Origin: Trichoplax sp. H2
Taxonomy: Eukaryota
Direction: 5' to 3'
Assembly (NCBI GenBank): GCA_003344405.1
Contig: NOWV01000301.1
Coordinates: forward strand, 1-58,346
DNA: 58,346 bases
A model generated the notes under the pieces. That model saw only the letters and a list, made by a program, of their open reading frames with translations. It ran no database searches and was not told the DNA's origin. The translations under genes and the position numbers were made by a program. Positions 1 through 12,586 of the stretch are shown piece by piece. The first letter of the stretch is position 1, and the number at the start of each line of letters is the position of its first letter.

Positions 1-428
1 TGTTACGGTACGAACTACCGTGAAGAAATAGCTATCTAAATTTGGTTAATATAATATAGTGATATTATATTACAACTAGTTATTTACTATAGGAATTACT
101 CTAATTATAAATGTGTTACAGTAAATTTAATACTGTGCTGTAATGTGCACTGAAATGATTCTGTGAATGGACATATTGTAGTCCGACTGTGAAAAACTAG
201 TTATCTCACCTAAGTATTTTTATAAGATGACTTGTGAATGTTAGCTGCTGTAGAAGGGTATATAAGCCCGTCAGATAGTTGAATAAAGTAGTTCTCAATT
301 GTATAGTAGTTTTAACGTAGAATCAAAGGCGTCTAAATTCTTGTGAGTAGGGATACTGAATCCCGGAGACTATAGTAATTTAGAGATTTGTTTTATGTTA
401 TCCTTGTCACGAAAGCTGGTTTGTGACA
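1..428 (+). mobile_element. Candidate solo or 3' LTR of an LTR retrotransposon
   Basis: Begins TGTTAC and ends GTGACA (TG...CA, 5/6 inverted match). Has TATATAA at 259-265 followed by AATAAA at 282-287. No primer-binding site or gag/pol follows. The left flank is outside the window, so a target-site duplication cannot be checked. Confidence 0.4.
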
Positions 429-3400
429 ATCTGCTATTATTTTAATCTTCAGGGATAAAAATGGCGGATAACTCTTTATTATTTTACAGAATAACATACT
501 CTTACATACTCTTATTAAGAGTTAATTATTATTTTACTTTACTAAAACCGTGTAATAGAAAACTTTTTTAAATTCCATTTGGGCCGTTCACTTGATGAGA
601 ATTAGATCTCTTTAGATTAGACGAGTTGCATACTTTTATTTCAAAGTTATAAAATATTCAATTTTATTAGTTCTCAAGCCAATACCAATTTGTTACTATA
701 TCATATCTATTTTAATTATTAATATCTCCTCAGTCGTTTAGATATCATAATTAATTAATTGCTTAATAATAAATCAACAATATAATATTTTTGATAAAAA
801 AAGACCTGGATACAGTAATTGTTGAATGAAAATAGTATTGACATATTGCATGACAGCAACATAATTGACATAGTTTATTACTCGAATATATAGGCAATGT
901 ATAATTTATCTTCCGGATTTATTTATGCAGTAGATTGCAAAATTAATTAGGTTACCAACATTTAGGATATTATATAACCTAAAAGCTAATTTTATTTTTA
1001 AAACCACATTCATGCGTTGATTTTGACCTTTTAAGACTTTTGGGTTTTTGCTAAGATGCAATAGCGTCTATATAGAACCATGTGATGAATTGAATTTATT
1101 ACCTTGCTTTGTTAATTTAAAAACATATAATAAATATTTAAAAATATTGAGCGCTTTACTGAGCTAAATGAGATAAAATACAAAACTTTCAGTGCTTTAA
1201 TTCCGTAATATTATACTTTTAAAATAATTTCAATATAATCGTCGATACAATTCTACTTCACGCGATTTAAATTTGAGTCATGATAAATCACTCAATCAAT
1301 TAATTAATAATATCTGGTTAATTAATGTAATATATGCATTTAGTAAGTAACTGTTAAAAGCTATTATCCTAGTGAGTATTTGCTACGGCTACAATTGGAG
1401 TAGCTTGATATTCGTAGCTCACATGGCAAAGTTCATTATTGTAATGCTTGCTGCGATAGTAAATGACTTACCATAACTGCTATTTAAGGTCGCTGTTATA
1501 TTTTTGGCAGCGATTGTTATTATGCGTAGAATATAATGAAAAGGTTAAATCTTAGTTCAGGTCAGTTAAATTAGACAACAATCTTGCGTAAATTAGGATT
1601 ACGTATGAGTAGTTGATTAAAAATATTTACCGTAGGAAAGCTATGTTAGGAATGTTGTAGTTAAAGAAGTATGCAATAGTAAAGGATGGTAAATAGATTA
1701 GAGTATGTTTACAAGTAAGATGTTTCCCATAAAACGGAAGCAATTCGAATAATGCAGTCTGTGCTAATTAAAGTGTTGTCCTTACTACTTCTAGTCGTGT
1801 GTATTTTACGTGATATAAAAGGGACATTTAATTCAGTAGATTTCTTAAAGACTTTGTATTCTCTTGTTCTAGAGATTAATTTGTGACAGCATATTCTAAA
1901 CTTGAGCCATAGCAACAGATATACCTACCGAACTAACTTCTTCTGGATATTTAAACATACTACAGATGACCATGACTGGTCAATAGCTGATACAATACTA
2001 CGATTGAAAATGACATTAACATAACAACACAAGTTCTTTGCATGTGAATTAATGCTATACTCGATTATGTGTGCAAATACACTTTTGGGTATTGCAAAGT
2101 CTTCTGTTCTTCATTAATAAAGAGATTTATGATAATAAGTTTGAACTTTATGAAGTCCTTCAATATCTTGTTGATTGCAGTAAAACTAAATCGGTCGGAG
2201 CATATCAATTTTATAAAATTATATATGAGATTATGGTTCTAGTAGTTATAAAGTATATGCAGCATGTTAAGTCCCTAGTAAATCCTCATCAATCAAAATT
2301 ATAGAGCCTTTACTGTGTTATTATGCCTAAGATCTGTAAAATCAGTTACTTTTTCTCATACATAAGCGTATAGTATATGATTCAAGATATATAATTACCC
2401 TATGCGTATCATGGCTCAATTATATAAATGTAAGGCCTTATTATATCTTTGTTTCTTGCTGTAACTTTAAAATAATTTCAGTAATCATTTATCTTGAAAT
2501 TACTATCGATATGATAATTTCATACAAGGATTGTCGACGAGAAATTTCTATGATATTCAAATCCTCATCATGAAGTAACAGTTTTATTTATATTAACTCT
2601 TAATGTCCATATTATATTTTATAGCGGTTATTGATAATGAGAGTGTTATTTTTGATCGTTCAAAATACGGATTACTTTACTTAATTTCAACGCAGTATTT
2701 TTTGTGTATCAAATGATCCCTTTTAACGATCGTTTCTTTGCCAACGAAATGATACACTATATCGCCTTACTCCTTTAATATACGGCCGAAACAAATAAGT
2801 GGTATACTAAATTAAATATAAATGATATCGATTCCATGCTGCATAGTACTATTTAAGAACTAATTTTAACGTAAATAAATTTCGTTTCATAAGCTTCAAA
2901 ATGGGAAGATTTATAAAGCAGTTTCAGATAGTGGTGAGCACCCACAATATCATAAATTTCCAGTTAATAGTTGTGAATTTGTATATGATTATAATATTAG
3001 ACGTAAATTGAATAATATAAATCATTACTATTTGTAAGCATTATCATAAAGAAGTTCTTATGCCGTGGGGCCTTTTCACGGCATTAAAGACTCTTGTAGT
3101 TCTCAATTATACCGCGTTATTTATTAGCAAAATGTAAATGCTATGCATAAAAGTTGTTAAAAGCTAATCATTTGGAGAGCTTCTAATTAATTTTCTTAAA
3201 GACGTTACTTTGTCATAGAATTAACTACAGTTAAAACGGATGTGAATGAGTTAGCGTTGTAATTGGATAGTAATATGAATATGCACAGTGGATTTTACCA
3301 CCTGAATAGTAGACACAATAACATAGCCTGGCTGTAATCGTAGTAATAAAACCTTTCTTCTAACTTCTGCTCCAAAATTGTCTGTTCGATCACTGTGAAA

Positions 3401-5166
3401 TCATATCGCTAGGCCATATAGTCATTTAATTTTATGATTTTTAAAGATGATACGAATGGACAAATAAGGCTCTTGTATTACTTCATGAAAAAAATGAATA
3501 ACTGAATCTGGGCTTACTAGCCATGCAAACTTCTCCAAGAACAGTGTTAACTGATATAGCTTATACCAAGATATTATCTTTATAGCAGTATCAAAACCTC
3601 ATCAGATAATTATAGTCCACTTTAAGTTTGCAAAATCAGGTGCCTGCGATAATTTTGTTTTACGAAAAAATATTTACCTAAATGTTCTTATAGATATTTT
3701 TTCTTAAAAACATGAAGACTATATGTTTTGATAAAATATACGGAAACTAGTTAGTTATCTAATTAATTAACGATTTATAACAAAATTTTAGGCTCAAGTC
3801 GTGCTCTTGTTACCAATCGTATGATATACGGTACTTTCGGAGGCACGCTCCGATGAACTCTAAATGTTCGTTTGGAGATATTCACATTTAGACCTTCTAA
3901 TTTCGGGAATAAGTTTTGTTAATACATATTCACGTAGATACTCAGAAATAAAGTTAAAGATAGACAAGTGAGCGACTTTTTTATCCGTATAATAAAATCT
4001 CGAAGTAGCTTTTTGTGTAATTAAACACGAATAAATCTACGTGCTAATAGGTCGACGGATTGTGCCACCTTACACGTAGTTCTCGTTTTTAATACCTAGA
4101 TGTTAAGTATATTGATATTAATATTCAAGATAAAAAGATGGCTCAAACTTGGCATGATCCAATATTCAAATCGGCATGAACCTTTTTCATATATCTTCTT
4201 TCTAATTACATTTAGAAACGAGTTGAATGGCTTAAAATTTACTAAGGGGAATTCAATGCTACAGGATTAAAGCAATATAAGATACGCATAGTTATGCAGC
4301 AGAGAATGAGATAAGTCATGCATATATTTGATTAAAACTCCTTTTGAGATTCGGTTAAACCGTAATCCTATCAAGTGGCTTCTATCAGAGTAAGGGAAAA
4401 GGTTATCCAATTTAGATAATAAGTACGATTAATTAAAAATTTTGTTACCACATCTGCTGATTCATCGTTGACTACGGTTGATATTTGAATTCAGAGTATA
4501 TCATACGAATATCGAAATTTTCTAATTTAATTATAGGTTATTGATAAAGCTATCGATAGAACATAACATTTGCCCAATCGCCATACAATCAAGCATATCC
4601 ATAGCATATTTGATTAACAGTGTTGTTCCTAAGAGCAATATTCCAATCGCAATATTGAAGGTGGGGTATAGCAGCTTTCAGGTCGTATTGGTATGTAGAA
4701 GGCTTGATAAATTTTGCCTTATAGAAATTTGGGCGTTTTACCTGAATGCTTTTAATTCTTCCAGTATTACCGAAATATAAAATATTGTAAGTGCAACCAA
4801 ATTATGCATGGACATATGCTATATTGATCCAAATATCTAATTTAATTAATATATCTGCCAATCAGTCCTGGCAAGGTAGTAGCTAAAAAAGGCTGGCATT
4901 AATATTTTGCTACGATGCTAATTCAATCAAACACAGATATGTCCAGCTCTCTTAATTCTATCATTATTAAATATTGATGATGTATCTAAATTTAAATGAT
5001 ATTAACTACAAATAAAAATATCGCATGATACGGAAAATTATCTAGATACTCCCGCTGTTGACGTAAAATGATAGAAAATATTCTCTGCAGTAACTTTTCA
5101 CAGTAATATTCTAGAACGATATAATAATAGCTTTACCTCGCTTTAATTTCAAGGTATAATTATTCT

Positions 5167-8100
5167 ATGAGTAATTTTTCAACCATGACTGCACATCTAA
5201 ATTTACCATTCGCAAAAAGTAGCTATCGAAAGGTAGTTTACGATCATGAAGACTTTCTAATTAAAAATTTACCAACGTATGAAATTATTGAAAAAATGTA
5301 TACAAACCATCTACTTCAAGAGATCTTTTTCCTCAATATCACAAATGTCGAACCTTCTGCGGTGGTTATTGAAAAAAATAAAGAAATTATAAACTTAATC
5401 TATGATAAAAATGTCGGTGAATTTTTTCAGTTTTATGAGATTCTGGTTAATTTAAACGATAAAACTTGTGGCAGTCTATTGAAGGTCAAGTTAATAGATT
5501 TATATCATGGACAATATCAAAATAACCATCTAAAAGGTAAACATTTTTAAACAGTAAGAAATATCTGTGCTTGTTTTGATAGGCTATTTCCCTTTCGAAG
5601 TTAATCTTGTAACATATTTCTTTCCTTATAACATTTATTTGGATCAGTAAATTAAATTCCTTACATATACTGCTATACAAATCCATACTTAAAATAATAT
5701 AGAATATTAATGTAGCCGTGTCTTGTTGTTTCGATTTTTTTCAAGAAATTTTACTGCTTTTAAAAATATTTATCTACAGATGACATTGCGATTTATTTTC
5801 TGTTTATTTTATCTTTATCTATTAAATATTAGAAAGATTAATCTTACTACTTTCTATATTTTCAAAATCGTTGAAACTGTTGTGATAAATTGCTAGAAAG
5901 TACATTTTACTCGTGATATGCGCTTTTGAAAATTCTATGCAATGTCTTATTGAAATACCATAACCGCTGGTGTGTAAATCTGCAAAAAGTAATCCTAATT
6001 GATATTCTTTTGAAAGAGAGTGGTTTAATTCACGAATTAAGATACTCTACTAATATCAACCAAGTAGCTTATCAGTGCTTATGATGATTTATCCACAGGC
6101 ATATTTGATTATTTTAATTATTTCCACCCAATTCAAATAATTTTTAGTTTCCGATTTATGTGCAAGCTTTGAAATGCTCGTATAATTGTAACAGATAGTA
6201 TCTAAGAAAATAATAGCATCAAATACTGGATATTTTGTATATTCTTGCAATAGTATAAATTTAATATTGGCATTATAGCTATAAAAGTCTTACTACGGTA
6301 CTTCATGTTATTTTAAATAGATTTGGATTATGGACCTTCTGTGAAAATTTTACATAAGCAATCGTCATCAACATCTTCCTTTAAGTGTTTTGCAAAAGTG
6401 CCCGAAGGTTATTTGAATTCAATAAGTTTTAGAATAGGATATTTTATTTAATTCTTATCTGATATAATGGATTAAGGGGCGCTGCGCTGCTCTTATAGCT
6501 ATCTATATTCCATATCGTAGTAATATTGCAAAATGAGCTTATACATATGAGATCATATTAAATATTTTATTATCAATTCATTATTTGTATTCACGTGCTA
6601 TTTTTAGAGAAAAGTTATGCTTAGTTTATAGCGATAATTCTGAAACAGAATTAGACTATAGTAGTGTAAGGCGTATAAATAATATCGATCTACTATTCTA
6701 AAGCATAGTATTTTGTATAGGCTACAACATGCGTATAGAATAATGAATAATTTGTGTAATATCATCTTTACCAACTCAAGTTTTGCTATTTTATAGTTGT
6801 TATCCCTTCATTTTCTTCGACAACCATCACTTATTCAAAGACTCGTGTTTATATGACCAGCGGTAATTACTCTGGCTTAGAATTACAATTTGCTGCTAAT
6901 CCTTCCAGTGAGATACGTAATATTAAAGCCGAAGTAGTTCCAGTTATTCCATCCACACCCGCATCGCTTTCTGCTGCATCATTAGGGATCAGGTTATCAG
7001 CCAATGCAAAGTTGGATAGCCATTTAAAAGAGATGATCAATATTCGCTTTCAGCTACCGGATTATTATTGCATCAATAAGGAGAATCGAATGTTAAAGCG
7101 TTCGTTATTAATAGTAGGCCAAAAGAGTTCTAAAAAAGGCAACAATGAATTTATAGACTCCCATCAGGAATGTCGATTAAATCGACATGACGATGGCTTG
7201 GTCTCTACTCAAGTACAAGCAACATCTTTTGGTGTCGTTTGCTGTTTTTGGAAAATACCGCAGTTTATCTTAGATGCTGCTCGTTTAGGTCCGAAATTTT
7301 ATTATCCCTATTTTATGTATGTAGTAGATTGTCTAGTCGCCATCCAGCCATGGAATAGTAGTTACAATATACAAGGATTCAATTTATTAATTATCCTTAC
7401 CAGTCGACAATTAGATGTTACAGCTAAGCTTAAGGACTATCAAACTGTTGGTAATTTAAATAAAATCGACTTATGCTGCGGCAAATTTAAGCTTCAAGTT
7501 ACTGGTAATATCATACCAAATCAGCATGTCTTTTGGCTTGAAAGTTTAGAAAAAATAGTTTATTTTACGGGTGGTTATACTTGCACTAAAATAGCCTGCG
7601 CTTTTGAGACTAATGAAGTTTCTCACCTGGAAGGCAAAATGACGATATCCTATCTAGGATTACCTGATAATTTGGATGATGCTGATCCACGTCGTAATCG
7701 AAGCTTATTCTATGAAAGGATGCAAGCAGATATCGTAGTTGAGCTAAAATCGGACCAAAGTAAGTTATTGCTTAACAAAATTAGTATCTTAGATTGTGTA
7801 ATACATTTCAGTCTCCTGTAAGTATTGATCTATAATTAGATCCTCGTATCACAGATGCTCCTAAAGATTTTTACACTTTAGAAAGTAGATGTTTGCTTAG
7901 TATTAAAACTTTTCGGAAATCAGGTCATGATATTGTCTTTGAAGATTTTATTCTATAAATTTTTATATTGATCAACATCAGTAGAGGTATCCCCTATGCC
8001 AGTAATTTCACAAACATCAATTATATCTACGTTGTCAAGTGAAATATCCGCAACAGGTAATTGTAATGTAGATTTAGTTTTATCATTTGTAAAATGAAGT

Positions 8101-11100
8101 AATTAAGTGCGAACCAAAATGGTTATTGCAAATTTATTACACTCTCCCAAGATAAATTTTCGTACATCAATATGCTAACATTGTCTGTATTTCAAGTTTC
8201 GCAGCTTTAACTCTGATCTTGTCTTAACATTATCATTACAGAATCTATTGCATCGACACAAAGTTCAAAGATAGAGATTGGCATGTTAAAAAGAGGTCAG
8301 TAAGATATTGACTTAAGTTGGCAGTCCGAGTATTAGCGCCAAGACCCACGTTCTTGTAAATCTTTGTATCAACAGTAAAGATTTAATATTAGAGATTTAA
8401 AATTGTATCACTTTAAGGTTGTTTCTCATAGCAAGAGCTGTTCTAACAACGATAGTCTTAACTATATATTACGAATTGTGAGTCTGTTCTATTTATTTTC
8501 CTCCATTCGATTATAGAGCTTGAAACATACCACGCGAACTGTTTACTCATCGAATCACTGATAGAGAATATTGCTAATTTACAGCAATTGCATACGATAC
8601 TTTCAAGCAATGGAATTGGAGATGATAGTATCGATGTACTAGAGGCTGGTAAAGATCGTCTACTCTTATATACTAAGCAAGAAACGGTAGAAAAAGTAAG
8701 TTACGCTTTAATTTATTAAGCTATCTTCGAAAAGAATAGTAATATTAGCCATATTGCGGAGACATTGTTATCAGGAAATTTTATTGAGATTTTCCTATTT
8801 TCATGGGGTTTAAAGATTTATCATCCAATATTAAATTCTCTGGAACAACGTATCAAAATGCAAAAAGAATCATTTGCGAAATTAGCTTCTTGTCAAGATA
8901 TGCTTGAAGAGATTATCAATGCCCTACCTCCTCAAATTGCCGAATATGTTGCAGCATATTTTCCAAATTACTCACGAGGATTGCCGTATCTACGAAAGCA
9001 AGTAAATAGTAGCGATAGCAGCACCATTTTTGTAACAGGTATCTACTAATTAAAGAAATTGTTCGATTGATAACTTTTAGCGGTAGTCAGCTATAAATAT
9101 AAAATTATTTTTCTATTTTTAAATCTTCTACATCTTTATAGGTGATAATCAAGCTGGAAAGAGTACATTAATAAATTTCTTACTAGGCAAAGACATACTA
9201 ACATCAAGCAATCTCAAATCATATCATAGCTATCAATTTCGCTATTCAACAGAAATTTCGGTCGAAATTATTATTAATAAATCTTCTATAAAGAATAGAG
9301 AAGTTTTACGTAGACGAAGTTTGGGAGATAGTTTATCTACATTTTTGACTGAACAAACCTCTAAAAATTCCGATAAGAAAGAAAAGAAAATCTTTAAAAT
9401 CTTCTATCCATCCGCTTTGCTAAAGGTAATTCCATGAAAACATAACACTAATGTACAGTGCAAACGATTGATATTGCGATAGGATACCGTAATGAATCTT
9501 CAGTGATCTCGCTAGTTTCTGATCTTTCCAAGAATACTTTACCATGGCAAAATACGATGTTTAATAACAATTTAGATCGAATTAATAGACACCAATCTAT
9601 TTTTAAGCAATCGTAACCTTGATAGTTCTATATTAGAAACACGTAGATATTATGATATAATCAGGAGTAATGATGGCAATTAATTGATGATCTATTTTGC
9701 ACTAGAGTGTTAAACCACTTAAGGTTGCAATTCTTGTCATTACAAGTTAGTAATTTCTCTTGTCCTCGCTGATCACATAATAATGCATGCAAGCATAGCT
9801 GAATTGAATATACAGTCTTACGTATAGCTTAATTGAGAGCTATTGCTAGTTTACCAATGCAAGTTTATAATATATAGAATATATACTTGAACTTTTCTTA
9901 CAAGTGAGATTATGCGTTCTTAAGCTACTGCAGATCAGTAACATTTTATTATCAATTATTGCATTTCATGAATTGATGTACGATACTTTATCAATATAAT
10001 ATTAGAAAACTCCGTTAAAAAATTAGCAATATAGTGAGATTACAACAATAGCAATTATAATATCCCTTACCTATGAATGCATACTTTACCAAAACTGAAA
10101 CAATCATGTTGCTTTGATCAATTGTATACAGATGATATAATATTAGAGGATTCAATTCGGAATATTAATACCATAGTGATATTATAACAAAAGTAATTAT
10201 AACATTCCTTACTTATTAATTAATACTTTGCCAAATTTATAAAATTGAAGCAATCCTGTCGCCTTGACCAACTATACACAGATGATATAATATTAGAAAA
10301 TTTAATTGGAATATTACCAATATGATATTATAGCAAAAGTAGTTGCAATATTCCTTACATATGAATTGGTGTTTTACTAAAACTGAACCAATCATGTTGC
10401 CATCGCCAACTGCACACAAGATTTTTGCCATTGAGTACCTATCTATTCCTCTATTTAAGCTAGAATAGTGCAAAATTAGAATACCGTAATTCACCGGTAT
10501 AGACGAAAAATTTCGAAGGATATTAATCTTTGTGACATTTAGGCTGGTATTACTATAATCGAAGATGATACAGAGTTTACTGGCATTCATGATGAAACTG
10601 CAATGTTGATGACAGGAGCTGCGGTAATCATTTACGTGATTGACTCTGATAAAAGGACGGGAGCACAAATTGATAAAGTAAGTTAAAGTAGACTACTATC
10701 GAACTGCTTATATAGATCAGATGGGGAATATCATGTCAATAAGTAGACAAAAATGTCATTCTTTAAGTCTATCTTAAAATAGGCTTGCCTATACGTCTTA
10801 TAGACTGCAATTTCATTCTCATTACTATACTTGATAGCTATGTGAAATAATGAATATAAATTTGGATAACTATTTACACTGTAATCAGGGAAGAATTCGT
10901 TTTTTATTCTGATTCTTGTTTGCAACAAGGTTGCAAAATTTTTAAGAATTGTACGAGATAAAACACCAGATACTCTGGGCTTTCCAGCCGGCTCTATCCT
11001 ATTCGCTTGTAATAAGTGGGAGGGTGTTGAATTAGATGAAAGACCTCATGTAAGCCATCGAATAACTCAAGAAATTAAAGATATCTGGCCACAATTTGAT

Positions 11101-12586
11101 GACTGGCAAATAGCTTGGACTTCCTTTAAAAATGGCCTACAGCATTTTAAAGGTGGTTTCGTAGCTTCTGATATGAAAAACTTATTACAAACGATTCAAA
11201 AGCAATTGAGTACTTGTTTTTGGTTCAGATTTGTTACCCATATTCGGTATGTCTAAAGTATTAATACGAAATTTTGCCTCAAATGATTCATTTTTGAAAA
11301 CTATAGCTCGGGTACTAAAGGGATTTTTTCTGTAGCATGCTAGATATGTGTTTCTGGATGTAAAACTGACCCATAAATATCATATCTAACTTAATTAATT
11401 TTTAGAATTTGCTACATATAAATATACATATATCCTATATTATAATCTACATGGATAGTTCCTGTTAAAAAGGGGTTTCATTAATACTTGCTACACGATT
11501 TATTTATTTACCTAAAGCAGATGTTTCTATGTAGTGCATTTAAGCCAGCCTTTATTTTCTTCATTCAGATATTTAGAGCGATTTTTGCGGATGATTCTAA
11601 TACCATATAAATTTTACTTAAAGAACTGTACCCTTCCATCCAATCAATTACGCAATCATCTCAAAACTATTAAGCAGGCACAAGTAAAAATTTTAGCTCA
11701 TCTACAGACAGCGAACGAAAAAGTCAATCAAATTTTAGAAGAATTTTACCGAGGTTGGTCTAGCGAATTGACAGAATCGTTGCAGAAGATGATCGATTCA
11801 GTAGAATTTGAAAGTGAAATGTCGAGGTGGAATCCGAAGTGTACAATTTTATACCGAAATACAAATGATACTACAGCAATTCTTAAGAAATTATTAAAAG
11901 ACCGGATTATGCATTTATTGATCAAGTGGGAAAATGTAAGCTGTATTTTCAAGGATATGGAATTTGAGACAGAACGCATCATTACCCAACATTACGAATT
12001 TCCGCCATTAAGCAGAGATAGAAGTAACAAGTTACTACCACTTATTGGGCCATTATTTTTAAATGGAAAATTCAATTTAATTTTTCCTAAAATAGCAGAA
12101 CAATCATTAAAGGATAAAGATGGTTTATCTATAGCCAAATTGGCATCGAAACCGCGCATAAATTGCGAATATGTCGATGCACTCTTAACATCCTTAATTG
12201 ACACTATTCGATTTCCTCCTATCAACTCTGTTTTTACTCAGTCATTGATGTCGGTAAGATCCCCGCAATCGATCTTAGCATCACGAAAACAAGGAAATTG
12301 TAGTAATATATTACGACAAATAGCCATACAACTTGTTGATAAACTGCGCAAACAACAATATCATTGTAAGATTATTACTCATTTAATGATTACCTTTCGA
12401 AATGATGTAGCTAAATTTCAAGAACAAAACATGATTCAGATCAACGCATGTAAGAGAGTTTTACAGGAAGCACATCATATATACCGCAATAAAAGTACCG
12501 AATTAACAAATAGGCTGGACAGTATTCATAGAATTCAGGAAGAATTACGTCTTCTCTACGGAACTTATCGGCATTTGTTAAAATGA
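5167..12586 (+). CDS. Multidomain protein (~1205 aa): N-terminal CARD-like death fold, ZU5-UPA-like module, Ser/Thr linker, possible SAM-like region, dynamin-superfamily (DSTYK-N-terminus-like) GTPase domain with degenerate G2/G3, C-terminal helical stalk
   Basis: Phase-consistent GT-AG model: 5167-5536, 6797-7759, 7982-8056, 8242-8295, 8517-8695, 8816-9038, 9142-9425, 10543-10677, 10930-11246, 11569-12586 (3618 nt, divisible by 3). P-loop IFVTGDNQAGKSTLINFLLGKDIL; then IFYPSALLKAGITII, AVIIYVIDS, LFACNKWE, IKDIWP. The start codon and the exon 1-2 join are the least certain parts. Confidence 0.75.
9994..10420. repeat. Degenerate intronic tandem repeat, ~3 copies of a ~140-150 bp unit
   Basis: Recurring anchors ATATAATATTAGA (~9995, ~10135, ~10285), CCTTAC-TAT, AAAACTGAA-CAATC-TGT-GC and ACAGATG. 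Lies in intron 9426-10542 of the GTPase-domain gene. Confidence 0.75.

Noticed and set aside
430..5150. Short ORFs at 1709, 2071 and 4541 as separate genes
   Set aside because: Non-ATG starts, AT-rich intergenic composition and no homology cues. Only a possible short upstream exon (ATG 4746, donor 4787) for the CARD-GTPase gene, too weak to call.
7760..7821. HFS motif (CVIHFSLL) at the end of the 322-aa ORF as a PIDD-like autoproteolysis site
   Set aside because: It lies beyond the strong phase-1 donor at 7760 that is in phase with the next exon, so it is most likely intronic read-through.
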